From Armatimonadia bacterium (lineage in GTDB: Bacteria; Armatimonadota; Zipacnadia; Zipacnadales; UBA11051): a DNA stretch of 33,797 bases. The stretch spans positions 1 through 33,797 of the forward strand of contig JBDKRC010000239.1 of the NCBI GenBank assembly GCA_039683575.1, written 5' to 3'. The notes under the pieces were generated by a model. It was given only the letters and a program-made list of their open reading frames with translations. It did no database searches and was not told the DNA's origin. Below, piece by piece: positions 17,235 through 26,577 of this stretch. The translations under genes and the position numbers were made by a program. Numbering within the stretch: the first letter of the stretch is position 1; every line of letters starts with the position of its first letter.

Positions 17235-18241
17235 CAGACGGAGACTTTCTCAAACACCCTCAGGAAATTGCCCCCCAGTATCTTCAGTACCGTCTCCTCG
17301 TCTAATCCCCGACCCACCAGCGCCTCTGTGAACTCCACCAGCCGCCCCATGTGAGGCGGAATCGGGATCTCTTCTTTCGGCAACCCATCGAAATCCGACC
17401 CGAAGCCGATGTGGTCAGGGCCTACGAGATTGATCACATGCTCCACCTGATCCATCAGCCGCTCCATCGAGGGGCTGTCCTGATGGATGAACTTGGTGTA
17501 AAACGCGACGCCCATGACGCCGCCGTTGTCGGCCAGCGCCCGAATCTGATCGTCCGTGAGGCCCCGCCAGTGCGGACAGACGCTGAAAACGCAGCCGTGG
17601 GAGAAGATGCAGGGCTTGCTGGAGACTTCCAGGGCATCGTAAAAGGTGCGGTCGTTGGCGTGGGCGAGGTCTACTACAATTCCTAGTTGATTGGCGGCGT
17701 TGATGACCTCGCGCCCAAAGTCAGTCAGCCCGCCCATTTCGCGGCGTGCTGTCTCGCGTTCGTCGGCGGTGGTATAGGCGAAGGGGCTCTTGTCCACCTG
17801 CAGCGCGTGCTCGTATTCGTTCTGGGCTTCACCATGGGTCAGATTTGCGACGCGCAGGCCGAGGCGGTGCATCAGGCTCATGACGCGGAGGCTGCCCTGC
17901 AAGCACGTGCAACTCTCCACCTGGGGCAGAAACGCCACTTTGCCGCCTGCTTTGGCGGCGCGTATGTCAGCGGCGCTGCGGGCGAGTGTGAAGTCATTGG
18001 GGTATTCGTCCAGGTGCCAGTAAATCGCGTCCCAGAGTTCCAGGGCGGCGTCGAGGTCGCGCGCGCCGACGTAGTTGTTGAAGGCCGTCAGGCCGGCCTC
18101 CTTGAGGCGCGGCAGGTCCACGTGGTACCGCTCATCCGGCGGCCCGAAGTCCATCGGATCGCCATTCTGGCGCTTCAGTACGAGTGAGTCGTTATGTCCG
18201 TCGATGATGATGGCTTGCTGGTGGATTTCGCGGGGGTTCAT
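17234..18241 (-). CDS. Membrane dipeptidase (peptidase M19)
   Basis: IIDGHND, GLTDFGREVI, VVDLAH, IFSH, GFGSDFDG, ILGGNFLRVF. Start at ATG 18241 preferred over 18298. Confidence 0.92.
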   Translation of the reverse strand: MNPREIHQQAIIIDGHNDSLVLKRQNGDPMDFGPPDERYHVDLPRLKEAGLTAFNNYVGARDLDAALELWDAIYWHLDEYPNDFTLARSAADIRAAKAGGKVAFLPQVESCTCLQGSLRVMSLMHRLGLRVANLTHGEAQNEYEHALQVDKSPFAYTTADERETARREMGGLTDFGREVINAANQLGIVVDLAHANDRTFYDALEVSSKPCIFSHGCVFSVCPHWRGLTDDQIRALADNGGVMGVAFYTKFIHQDSPSMERLMDQVEHVINLVGPDHIGFGSDFDGLPKEEIPIPPHMGRLVEFTEALVGRGLDEETVLKILGGNFLRVFEKVSV

Positions 18242-18401
18242 GGGGGATAGATTGTCGAGATAGGGCGGCAAGTCCTCCTCTGCGGTCGCCATCCCCATAC
18301 ATCGATATAATACAGATTATGTCAAATCTAAGCGCACTTTTCCACAACAAAAGACCCACCACACACCCACCACCTCCTCCCAAAACAACCCTCGCGCGCT
18401 G

Positions 18402-19298
18402 CTAAACGCCCTCGTGGGCCGGCCGTTGGGGCCCGCTGGGCTGAACTGAGGGCTGCTCCACATACTCAGCGTAGTCAGCCGGCTCGATCCGGTGCCCGTA
18501 CAGCCTTGCGTACACCTGGGTAAGCTCCGCCCCAAAGAACACGATCAGCGCCGAGTAGTACACCAGCAGCAATAGCAGCACCAGCGACCCGGCGGCCCCG
18601 TAGGCCGACGCGATGTGGCTGTACGTGAGGTACAACCCGATGCCATAGCGGCCGGCAGCAAACAGCACCCCCGTAATCGTCGCCCCAATCCATACATCAC
18701 TCCACCCAATCTTCGTATCCGGCAGGAATTTGAACACCATCGCAAACAGCGCGATGAAGAATGCCAGCCCCAGAATCGTCTCCGCCGTGCCCACCCAGAC
18801 CATGTGAGCAGGCAGCACCGCCCTCAATATCCAGCTAAAGAGCACCGCCGCGAGCATCAGCCCCCCCAGAATCAGCACCATCAAGAACGTGGCGCCACGT
18901 TGCCGGGCCCACGTCCACACATTCAGCCCAGGCTTCGGGCGCACGTCCCATATCTTATTCAGGGCGCTCTGCAGTTGCACGAAGACCGCCGTGGCGGCCG
19001 TCAGCAGCACCACCCAACCAAATATTGACGAAGTTGCGGCCACATTGCGATCAGTGTTCACATTCTGGAGAATTGTGCCGATGGTCTGGCTCACCTGCGG
19101 CCCCGCCGCCTGCTCGATCTTTCGCACGAAGTCACGCTGAGCCGCCGGGTCTATTCGCCCTGCTGCCGACAACAGGATGATCACCAGCGGCGATAGTGAC
19201 AGCACCGTGAAGAACGCGACTGCGGCCGCATGGACTACCGCTTCATCAGCGACAAACTCCATCGCTGCCGTCTTGATGATCTCCACGATACGTTTCAC
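18402..19298 (-). CDS. YihY/BrkB family membrane protein
   Basis: AAAVAFFTVLSLSP, LQSALNKIW, FKFLPD, YGAAGSLV.LLL.VYYSA..FFGAE; multiple TM helices. Confidence 0.92.
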   Translation of the reverse strand: MKRIVEIIKTAAMEFVADEAVVHAAAVAFFTVLSLSPLVIILLSAAGRIDPAAQRDFVRKIEQAAGPQVSQTIGTILQNVNTDRNVAATSSIFGWVVLLTAATAVFVQLQSALNKIWDVRPKPGLNVWTWARQRGATFLMVLILGGLMLAAVLFSWILRAVLPAHMVWVGTAETILGLAFFIALFAMVFKFLPDTKIGWSDVWIGATITGVLFAAGRYGIGLYLTYSHIASAYGAAGSLVLLLLLVYYSALIVFFGAELTQVYARLYGHRIEPADYAEYVEQPSVQPSGPQRPAHEGV

Positions 19299-19394
19299 AA
19301 ATCCTCACCTGCCGCCCTACGGGGGCGCCCTTGCCCCCGCTTCTTACCACGCTGATTTTCCCTCCCAAGTTCAGTCAGCGCGGCAAAACGGCAG

Positions 19395-19421
19395 TCAAGA
19401 CCGCTCGCGTGCTGCCGAAGA
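19395..19421 (+). promoter_or_regulatory. sigma28 (FliA/WhiG)-like promoter TCAA-N15-GCCGAAGA
   Basis: Matches the spacing of TAAA-N15-GCCGATAA; ends 16 nt before the fliJ ATG, with a GGAGG RBS in between. Confidence 0.55.
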
Positions 19422-19437
19422 GTCTACGGGAGGTCAT

Positions 19438-19911
19438 ATGCCGCGATTCCATTTTCCCTTGCAGCAGCTTCTTGACCTGAGGACGACCGCGGAGAAACGG
19501 TCCCGGTCTGACCTCGTTGCGACCGAGCGCGCCCTGTCACTTGAGCGGGTCCGCCTCGATGAACTGAGTCGCTCGTGCGATCAGGCACTGCAGGTCACGG
19601 CCGCCGTCCCCGGACACCCGGTCGAAACCGACCTCCTTCTCAACAACGGCCTGCACCTCGCCCGTCTGAGGCTGAGGATGGCCGCACAGCAGGCCCGCGT
19701 GCAACAGTGCTCCGACCTGGAGGAGGCACGCCGCTATGAGCATAGCCGCCTCAGTCGGGAGCGCCAGGTGGTTGAGCGCTTGAAGGAGCGCCGGCACGAG
19801 GAGTTCCGTGAGCGCGTCGCTCACGCCGAGACAAGCGCTCTGGATGAAGCTGCCATGATGGTCTTCGCCAGACAGAAGACGGAGTGGCAATCATCTTCCA
19901 CCACCGACTGA
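19438..19911 (+). CDS. fliJ: Flagellar export chaperone FliJ
   Basis: MPRFHFPLQQLLDLR, coiled coil, ERLKERR...ETSALDE; GGAGG RBS; flagellar context. Confidence 0.85.
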   Translation: MPRFHFPLQQLLDLRTTAEKRSRSDLVATERALSLERVRLDELSRSCDQALQVTAAVPGHPVETDLLLNNGLHLARLRLRMAAQQARVQQCSDLEEARRYEHSRLSRERQVVERLKERRHEEFRERVAHAETSALDEAAMMVFARQKTEWQSSSTTD

Positions 19912-19991
19912 CGCCACGTCGCCGCGAGTCCTGCAACAAGCATCGGAACCATCGTCTATCGTGTCCGCAGGCAATCCGGGAGGGAGCCCCT

Positions 19992-20573
19992 GTGTTGGTA
20001 CATGGTCTGTCGGCGACGCTTGGCCGCGTCTCCGAGATACAGCAGAAGCTAAAGGCCTTGCAGCCCTCAGACGTCACCGCGGTCACTGAGGCTGTCCCCG
20101 CAGCCCCCGGGAGCTTCGCCTCCGCCGTGGCCGAGGCCGAGAGTGCTTACCGTCCGACCAGAGCGCGCAAGACAGCTTTCCTCTCCCCCACCCGCTTCGA
20201 CGATCTCATCCGCACCACTGCCGCCAAGTATGGCGTTGATCCGGACCTCATCCATGCTGTGGTGCAGGCGGAATCCGGCTACGACCCCGACTGTCGCTCC
20301 GGGGCCGGCGCCCAGGGGCTTATGCAGCTAATGCCGGGCACCGCCCGCTCATTGGGGGTCAGCAACGCCTTTGATCCCTCCCAGAACCTCGACGGCGGCG
20401 TGCGTTACCTCCGCCAGCAGATCCAGCGCTTTGGCGAGATAGACCTTGCGCTTGCTGCCTACAACGCTGGTCCCGGCGCCGTCCAGGCTCACGACGGCAT
20501 TCCGCCGTACCGGGAGACCCAGGCTTACGTCAAGCGCGTCATGCAGAATCTCTGGCAGCGTAAGGGAGATTAG
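19992..20573 (+). CDS. Lytic transglycosylase (SLT domain)
   Basis: AVVQAESGY, GAQGLMQLMPGTA, LAAYNAGPG, IPPYRETQAYV. GTG start behind GGAGGGAG. Confidence 0.92.
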   Translation: MLVHGLSATLGRVSEIQQKLKALQPSDVTAVTEAVPAAPGSFASAVAEAESAYRPTRARKTAFLSPTRFDDLIRTTAAKYGVDPDLIHAVVQAESGYDPDCRSGAGAQGLMQLMPGTARSLGVSNAFDPSQNLDGGVRYLRQQIQRFGEIDLALAAYNAGPGAVQAHDGIPPYRETQAYVKRVMQNLWQRKGD

Positions 20574-20574
20574 G

Positions 20575-22317
20575 TTGACTCTGGCCGCGACGATGAGCCC
20601 CGGTCTGGAAGCGCTCCTGCCCGTGCTGCAACCCACGGCGGAGCCGCTTTTCGACGCCTCACTCCTGCCTGCTGAGTTGCCCGGCGATGATGAAGTGGTC
20701 GGACCGGATGACTTCAGCGCTCTTCTGGCTCTCGTAGTGCCGCCTCCAGCGGCGCCGTTGCCTCAGGTCCCCCCGGACACAAGCCCCCAGCCGGCTGGGC
20801 CCGACCAGATTTCCAGTGCACAGCGCTCGCAGACGGGCGCCGTCGTTGCCGCTCCGTACGAGCGTGGGGTAGTTCCGAATCTGCCTCCCATGACTAGCTC
20901 TGTGGAACCTGACCCTTTGACAACCGCGGGTGATTTGCGCGGGCAAGCCCCAGTGGCTGCGGTCCAGCCGAAGCCTGACCAGGTGGGCTTGGTTGTGCCT
21001 CCTGCGAACGACGTTGGGGAGGCGAACAGGGGCGCCCAGAAGACGGCTTCGAATGCGCCGCAGGTCCAGCGACCGCTGCTACAGGTTGAGCCGGCAATAG
21101 CCCCGCCGGCTCCCCTTCCCGCCGCGGTGCTGGCGCACGGTGAACTGGCCTCGACACGTCCTGCAACCAAAGATGAGCAGGCCATGGTGCAGCAGGTGTT
21201 GCCTTCCGGGCAGCCAGTCATGCCACAACAGATAACTGCCGCGGTCACCGTGCCACCGGCACCCCAGCAGACTGCCATGCCGATGGTCATGCGCCTTGAC
21301 GCACCGGCCTTGCCGCTACCCGTGATCCGTCGGCTGACAGGCCTTGCTCCACAGCCTGTTCAGACACGCTTGCCCAAGCCAGTGCCGGCACCTCCGGCCA
21401 GCGCCTCTGAACAGACGCAGCTGATGACGGCAGCCATCCAACCCGCAGATGAGGCGGCGCTTGTGCCTGCCTCGCCACAGCCAGTCGCCGCGCCAGCCAG
21501 CGCGCCGGTCATGCAAGCTGTTACAGCCCAAACCAAGCAGGTGCCCGAGTCTTCGGCCACACCCGCCATGCCTACCACACGCTTGGCGGAACTCGCCGAC
21601 ACGGTCGTCAGGCACATAGCTGTCGCCGTTGCAGCGCCTCCCGCCAAAGCGGCCTTGACCGCGCCTGAGCCCAGCGAGCAGGCCATCAAGCATCTCGCGA
21701 GGGCGGCGGAGCGCGCTCCAATGGCCTCTACTGTCGAGAAGGCCCCTGCGATCACCGCCGACGTCGAGCCTTCGCGACGGGAGGCGGCGGAACCGGGGCC
21801 GAGTAACTCAGCGGCCTCCCCCGCGCCCCAAGTCCTCAGCCAGACCTTGCAGGACGGCTTGCCAATCACTCCGACGGCGGCGCCCCAGTTCCAGCAGACA
21901 GTGCAGGGCCTGCCCGAGCGCGAAGTCTCCGCCGCCGAACGCGTCACGGCCCAGCCACAGGCTACCGAGACCCCGGACGAAGTGGTCCACCAGGTGCGCC
22001 TTACGCTCAGTCCGCCCGATCTGGGAGCCGTGACACTCCGCATCGAAACCCGTGGGCAGGAAGTCAGCGCGCACCTGGTCGTGGACCAACTCGTCGCCGG
22101 GCATGTGCTCCGGCAGGCCGAGACGGAAGTCCGCCAGTTGCTCCACAATCAGGGCCTGCAGATGGGCTCGTACGAAGTGGACTACCAGCAACCCCAGCAG
22201 CACCAACCACATCAGCGCCCGCTGCCCCTGGCGCTGCCCGGGAAAGCCATTGCCGTCCCGTCGCGGCCTCACGGCCGCCAGCCAAGGCAGGAGTCGGCCA
22301 TAGACGTCTTTGCCTGA
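20575..22317 (+). CDS. fliK: Flagellar hook-length control protein FliK
   Basis: Long Pro/Ala-rich region and C-terminal VRLTLSPPDLGAVTLRI...LHNQGL; TTG start with AAGGGAG RBS; precedes flgD. Confidence 0.85.
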   Translation: MTLAATMSPGLEALLPVLQPTAEPLFDASLLPAELPGDDEVVGPDDFSALLALVVPPPAAPLPQVPPDTSPQPAGPDQISSAQRSQTGAVVAAPYERGVVPNLPPMTSSVEPDPLTTAGDLRGQAPVAAVQPKPDQVGLVVPPANDVGEANRGAQKTASNAPQVQRPLLQVEPAIAPPAPLPAAVLAHGELASTRPATKDEQAMVQQVLPSGQPVMPQQITAAVTVPPAPQQTAMPMVMRLDAPALPLPVIRRLTGLAPQPVQTRLPKPVPAPPASASEQTQLMTAAIQPADEAALVPASPQPVAAPASAPVMQAVTAQTKQVPESSATPAMPTTRLAELADTVVRHIAVAVAAPPAKAALTAPEPSEQAIKHLARAAERAPMASTVEKAPAITADVEPSRREAAEPGPSNSAASPAPQVLSQTLQDGLPITPTAAPQFQQTVQGLPEREVSAAERVTAQPQATETPDEVVHQVRLTLSPPDLGAVTLRIETRGQEVSAHLVVDQLVAGHVLRQAETEVRQLLHNQGLQMGSYEVDYQQPQQHQPHQRPLPLALPGKAIAVPSRPHGRQPRQESAIDVFA

Positions 22318-22330
22318 AGAGGAAAACGCC

Positions 22331-22705
22331 ATGAATATCAGCGCGGTAAGCAGCAGCACGTCTGCTTCAACCACCACGGCCAGTAACAGCCTCGGCCCCG
22401 ATGCCTTCATGCGGCTGCTGATCGCTGAACTGCAGAATCAGGATCCGCTCAGCCCCATGGACACCCAGGCCATGCTTACCCAGCTTTCCACCATGGAGTT
22501 GGTCTCAGAAAGTCGTGCCGCACGCCAGAGCCAGGACATGGTACAGGCCATGGGCATGATGGGACGGACGGTCGCCTGGCAGGATTCGGACACGGGAGAC
22601 GTGTACTCCGGCACCGTGGATGCGGTGGTCAGAGATGGTTCAGATCCCGTGCTGATGGTCGGTGGCGTCCAGCTTACGCTCGAAGAGATCATCGCCGTGT
22701 CGTGA
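22331..22705 (+). CDS. flgD: Flagellar hook capping protein FlgD
   Basis: LGPDAFMRLLIAELQNQDPLSPMD...QL. Confidence 0.92.
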   Translation: MNISAVSSSTSASTTTASNSLGPDAFMRLLIAELQNQDPLSPMDTQAMLTQLSTMELVSESRAARQSQDMVQAMGMMGRTVAWQDSDTGDVYSGTVDAVVRDGSDPVLMVGGVQLTLEEIIAVS

Positions 22706-22738
22706 CACTCATTGTGAAGACAATCCCAGGAGGACAAC

Positions 22739-23968
22739 ATGAATCGTACGCTACTGGCCGGACTATCCGGAACACTCGCCAATCAGACCTACATTGATGT
22801 GCTGGGCAACAACGTCGCTAACGCCAACACCATCGGCTTCCGCGAAAGTCGCGTGACCTTCCAGGACGCCTTCTACCAGACCCTGAGCGGCGGCCGCGCG
22901 GGCGGTGACCTCGGCCTCGGCGGCATGGATCCCGCCCAAGTCGGCAGCGGCACCACTATCGGGCAGATTCAGACCGTGCACACTCAGGGCGCCATGCGGT
23001 ACAGCGGCTCGCCCCTGGATGCCGCCATCGAGGGCAATGGCATGTTCGTGCTCGACAACGGCAGCGGGGGCTATCTCTATACCCGCGATGGCGCCTTCAT
23101 TCTCGACAACAATCGAACCCTCGTCGCAGGCTCCAGCGGGCAGTGCGTGATGGGTTGGATGGCCCAGAACGGTACGGTCAATCCTACCGGCGAACCGACG
23201 GCTCTCACTTTCCCCCTGGGCCAGGTACGGCCGGGCAGCATGACGGGAAACGTGGAACTGGGAGGCAACCTTGACGCTGGTCTCGCCGCGGGGGACACGC
23301 GCACTGCCACCGTCTCCGCCTACGATTCGCTTGGGCTGTCGCATCAGGTGACGCTGACCTTCACCCGCGGCGCAGACGTCAACGAGTGGACGTGCCAGGG
23401 CGCCTGCGAGGGCACCACGGCCTCCGTCGATATGGCGTTCGATGGCACAGACGGCAGCCTGAGCAGTGGTGGGACGCTCAATCTCAGCGTGGCTCTCGGC
23501 AATGGGGCTGCCACTCCTCTGGCGCTCAATATCGACCTCTCTGAGGTCACACAGTTGAACCAGGAAGGCAGCGCGGTTGTGGTCCGGTCGCAGGATGGTT
23601 CGGCGAGCGCTACCCTCAGCGGCGTCAGTATCCTTGAGGGCGGGGGGATTCAGGGCGAGTACTCCGACGGTCACGTCGAGGTTCTGGGGCAGATCGCAGT
23701 GGCGGGTTTCGCCAACGTTGGCGGCCTCGTACGCCTCGGCAATAACCTCTACCAGGAGGGCGCCAACAGCGGCCAGACTGAGATCGGCGCCGCCGGCACG
23801 TCCGGACGCGGTGAAATCCGTTCGCGCCGGCTCGAAATGTCAAATGTGGACCTCACCCGCTCGTTCGTGGAGATCATGACCGCCCAGCGGGGCTTTCAGG
23901 CCAGCACGCGTGTTATCTCAGCGGCTAACCGGATGCTGGATGACGTCATGCAGCTCAACATCGGCTAA
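22739..23968 (+). CDS. flgE: Flagellar hook protein FlgE
   Basis: GNNVANANTIGF, DAAIEGNG, YTRDGAF, LEMSNVDL..FVEIMTAQRGFQA. Confidence 0.93.
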   Translation: MNRTLLAGLSGTLANQTYIDVLGNNVANANTIGFRESRVTFQDAFYQTLSGGRAGGDLGLGGMDPAQVGSGTTIGQIQTVHTQGAMRYSGSPLDAAIEGNGMFVLDNGSGGYLYTRDGAFILDNNRTLVAGSSGQCVMGWMAQNGTVNPTGEPTALTFPLGQVRPGSMTGNVELGGNLDAGLAAGDTRTATVSAYDSLGLSHQVTLTFTRGADVNEWTCQGACEGTTASVDMAFDGTDGSLSSGGTLNLSVALGNGAATPLALNIDLSEVTQLNQEGSAVVVRSQDGSASATLSGVSILEGGGIQGEYSDGHVEVLGQIAVAGFANVGGLVRLGNNLYQEGANSGQTEIGAAGTSGRGEIRSRRLEMSNVDLTRSFVEIMTAQRGFQASTRVISAANRMLDDVMQLNIG

Positions 23969-23997
23969 CCCCCTAGCGGCCTCGCTTCTTTGGCGGT

Positions 23998-24040
23998 AAA
24001 GCACGAGCGGTCACCGATATCGACCGCTCGTGCTTTTTTT
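23998..24040 (+). terminator. Intrinsic terminator after flgE
   Basis: GCACGAGCGGTC-9 nt-GACCGCTCGTGC followed by T7. Confidence 0.85.
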
Positions 24041-24092
24041 GCGTCCGCGCCAGTGCCTTCCTGGCACGGAGCTTGCAGTAGTTCCTCCTGAC

Positions 24093-24323
24093 ATGATCAC
24101 CCTAACACGCCTGAACGGCTCTCCCATCTGCGTCAACGCTTTCCTCATAGAGCACATCGAGGAAACGCCCGACACCGTGATCACCCTGACCAATGGCCAT
24201 CACTTCCTGGTGAGGGAATCCGTCGACGAAATAGTCACTGCCGCGACGGGCTTTCTCGGCGGCCTGCGCCAGCATGACATAGACCCAGTGACCGCCGGCC
24301 AACTCGGCCGCGTTGCCCAGTAA
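24093..24323 (+). CDS. flbD: Flagellar FlbD/SwrD family protein
   Basis: MITLTRLNG...NAFLIEHIEETPDTVITLTNG..VRES. Confidence 0.9.
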   Translation: MITLTRLNGSPICVNAFLIEHIEETPDTVITLTNGHHFLVRESVDEIVTAATGFLGGLRQHDIDPVTAGQLGRVAQ

Positions 24324-24333
24324 GGAAGATATT

Positions 24334-25140
24334 GTGGATCTAGGTACCCTTATCGGTCTGGTGGCTGCTTTCGGGGCCCTGGGCGCCTCTGTGGTGATGG
24401 AGGGCGGGAGCCTTCAGGCTCTCGTCAGTCAGCCCGCTCTGATAATCGTCTTCGGCGGCACCCTTGGTGCAACCCTCGTCAGCGTCCCGCTCAAGGACTT
24501 CCTGCGCATGCCCGGGCTGCTCAAGCTCGCGTTCGTCCCGCAGTCGTTCAACCACGTCGGGACCGCCAAAGACATCGTGCGCCTGGCCGGTCTCGCACGC
24601 CGCAAAGGCCTGCTACACCTCGAATCCGAGGCGGCGGAACTCAAGGATCCGTTCCTGACCAAGGGCCTCGCGCTGGTGATTGATGGCACCGATGCCGACA
24701 TGATCCGCGAGACGATGGAAACCGAGATCATGGCAATGGAGACCCGCCACAAGGCCGGTGCCAAGCTCTTCGCCCTCATGGGCGGCCTTGCCCCGACAAT
24801 GGGCGTCATAGGCACGGTAATGGGTCTGGTCAACATGCTTGCTAACGTAAACGACCCCTCCACCATGGGTCCTGCCATCGCCACGGCCTTCCTGGCCACT
24901 CTCTACGGGGTGGCGTCCGCCAACCTGCTCTTCCTGCCAATCTCCAGCAAGCTCGCCATCCGCAGCGAGGAAGAGACGCACCTGTGCGAGATCCTGCTGG
25001 AGGGCCTGATGAGCCTACAGGCGGGCCACAGCCCGATGATGGTCGAGGAACGGCTGAAGTCCTTCCTCAAGCCCAAGGACCGCAACTGGGGCCGCGAAGG
25101 CGGCAATGACGATGATCAGCCGCAGATCGAGGCCGCCTGA
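24334..25140 (+). CDS. motA: Flagellar stator protein MotA/PomA
   Basis: IVFGGTLGA, ARRKGLLHLE, APTMGVIGTVMGL, ATLYGV..ANL; GTG start with TAAGGA RBS. Confidence 0.95.
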   Translation: MDLGTLIGLVAAFGALGASVVMEGGSLQALVSQPALIIVFGGTLGATLVSVPLKDFLRMPGLLKLAFVPQSFNHVGTAKDIVRLAGLARRKGLLHLESEAAELKDPFLTKGLALVIDGTDADMIRETMETEIMAMETRHKAGAKLFALMGGLAPTMGVIGTVMGLVNMLANVNDPSTMGPAIATAFLATLYGVASANLLFLPISSKLAIRSEEETHLCEILLEGLMSLQAGHSPMMVEERLKSFLKPKDRNWGREGGNDDDQPQIEAA

Positions 25141-25170
25141 CAACCTTCTCTGCCGTGAGACGACATACCC

Positions 25171-26019
25171 ATGGCCAAACGCAAACAACAACACGCCGAA
25201 CATGAGAACGCCGAACGTTGGCTGCTGACCTATGCCGACATGATTACGCTCCTCATGGCCTTCTTCATCATGCTCTACAGCATGAGCCAGCTTGATATCA
25301 GGAAGTTCGCCGCCGTCGCTGGCTCCGTCCGCGCGGAGCTCGGCGGTACTGGGGTACTTGAGGGTGCACAGGGCGTCGGATCGGGGTCGGGCTCGGGGAT
25401 TGATATGGGCATGAATGGCCTCGCGCCCTCGCTCGGCACCGACGTATCCGCGCAACTGCGGCGGGCTGTCGAGGCCGAGATGAAGGCCGCCTCCGCCTCG
25501 CAGGTGCAGGTTATCCAAGACGGCAGCACGGTTCGAGTCAGGATGCCTGCCGGGAGCTTGTACTTCGAGAAGGGCAGCGCCAGCCTCACTCCGCAGGCGC
25601 GCCGCGTCCTGCTTGCTCTGGCCCATACCCTGCGCAAGCAGCCGTGTGGCGTCCGCGTAGAGGGCCACACCTGCAACCTGCCTATCCACACTGTGGAATT
25701 CCCTTCCAACTGGGAGCTTTCTGCCGCGCGGGCCAGCAACACCGCGCTGTTCCTCGTCCGCGAGGGCGGCCTACCATCCGACCACTGCTCCTTCATGGGT
25801 CTAGCCGACCGCAAACCCCTCGTGCCGAACGTCTCGGAGATCAACCGCCGCCGCAATCGCCGCGTCGAACTGATCCTTCAACCGCTGGCCGCTGATCCGC
25901 CCGCCGACAAAGCCGCCCGCCCCACCGCGGCCACGCCAGAGCCTCAACCCAGCGCCTTGCCGCCTGCCATCGACATCACCACATCCTCCACTGAAGGGAC
26001 CACGGAGGTTGCCCCATGA
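25171..26019 (+). CDS. motB: Flagellar stator protein MotB (OmpA-like C-terminal domain)
   Basis: RWLLTYADMITLLMAFF, VEGHT, NWELSAARA, NRRVEL. Confidence 0.95.
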   Translation: MAKRKQQHAEHENAERWLLTYADMITLLMAFFIMLYSMSQLDIRKFAAVAGSVRAELGGTGVLEGAQGVGSGSGSGIDMGMNGLAPSLGTDVSAQLRRAVEAEMKAASASQVQVIQDGSTVRVRMPAGSLYFEKGSASLTPQARRVLLALAHTLRKQPCGVRVEGHTCNLPIHTVEFPSNWELSAARASNTALFLVREGGLPSDHCSFMGLADRKPLVPNVSEINRRRNRRVELILQPLAADPPADKAARPTAATPEPQPSALPPAIDITTSSTEGTTEVAP

Positions 26020-26567
26020 CCAGACTTGCCTGTCGAGCCGGAAAGCTCATGATCATCGCTGTCATCTGCGCCGGCGCTGTCGGCGTTGTCGGTGGCATCA
26101 TTGCTTCGCCAAAGCTTCTCAAGCACAAGCCCTCGACCACCGCGAGAGCGGAGAAGACGCAGGATCACAAGGAGAGGAAAGCGGAGGCCAGGGGGACGCG
26201 GGCGGAGGAAGACGAGGTAGCGGGTGGCGGGCACGCGACCATCGTGCCGTTGGGGGATTTCCTGGTCAATCTCGACGCGGGGTCAAGCGGCCGCTACCTG
26301 CGCGCTGAGGTTGCCATGGCGCTGGTAGACCTACCGGAGCCGAAGAAGGGGGGCCACGGCGGCGGAAAGGGCCCAGGCATACCGGAGGGCGACATCACTC
26401 TCGCCCGCGACCGCGTCGTCGCGGTTCTTTCCGCAGGCGATTTCGTCTCCCTCAAGACCGCTGCCGGCAAGGACAAGCTTAAGGCCCGCGTGCTCGACAA
26501 GCTCAGTGAGGCCCTGCCCCAGTATGACATCAGTGAAGTCCTCTTCACCTCGTTCGTGATGCAGTAA
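26016..26567 (+). CDS. fliL: Flagellar basal body-associated protein FliL
   Basis: N-terminal TM helix, FLVNL, GKDKLK, VLFTSFVMQ C-terminus. Confidence 0.9.
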   Translation: MTRLACRAGKLMIIAVICAGAVGVVGGIIASPKLLKHKPSTTARAEKTQDHKERKAEARGTRAEEDEVAGGGHATIVPLGDFLVNLDAGSSGRYLRAEVAMALVDLPEPKKGGHGGGKGPGIPEGDITLARDRVVAVLSAGDFVSLKTAAGKDKLKARVLDKLSEALPQYDISEVLFTSFVMQ

Positions 26568-26577
26568 GGAGATCACT

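Noticed and set aside
15571-17253. 560-aa antisense ORF over the ATPase (likewise 6221..7681, 9660..10544, 2738..3604)
   Set aside because: Shadow frames of well-supported genes with no motifs of their own.
18300-18330. sigma70 promoter (TTGACA, minus strand) with ATAAT-N4-ATTAT palindrome upstream of the dipeptidase
   Set aside because: No acceptable -10 at 16-18 nt spacing and the palindrome is short; not supportable as a feature.
19330-19437. c-di-GMP-I riboswitch before the flagellar cluster (GGCAAA present)
   Set aside because: No GNRA-capped P2 or GCAAA/tetraloop-receptor P3 elements follow.
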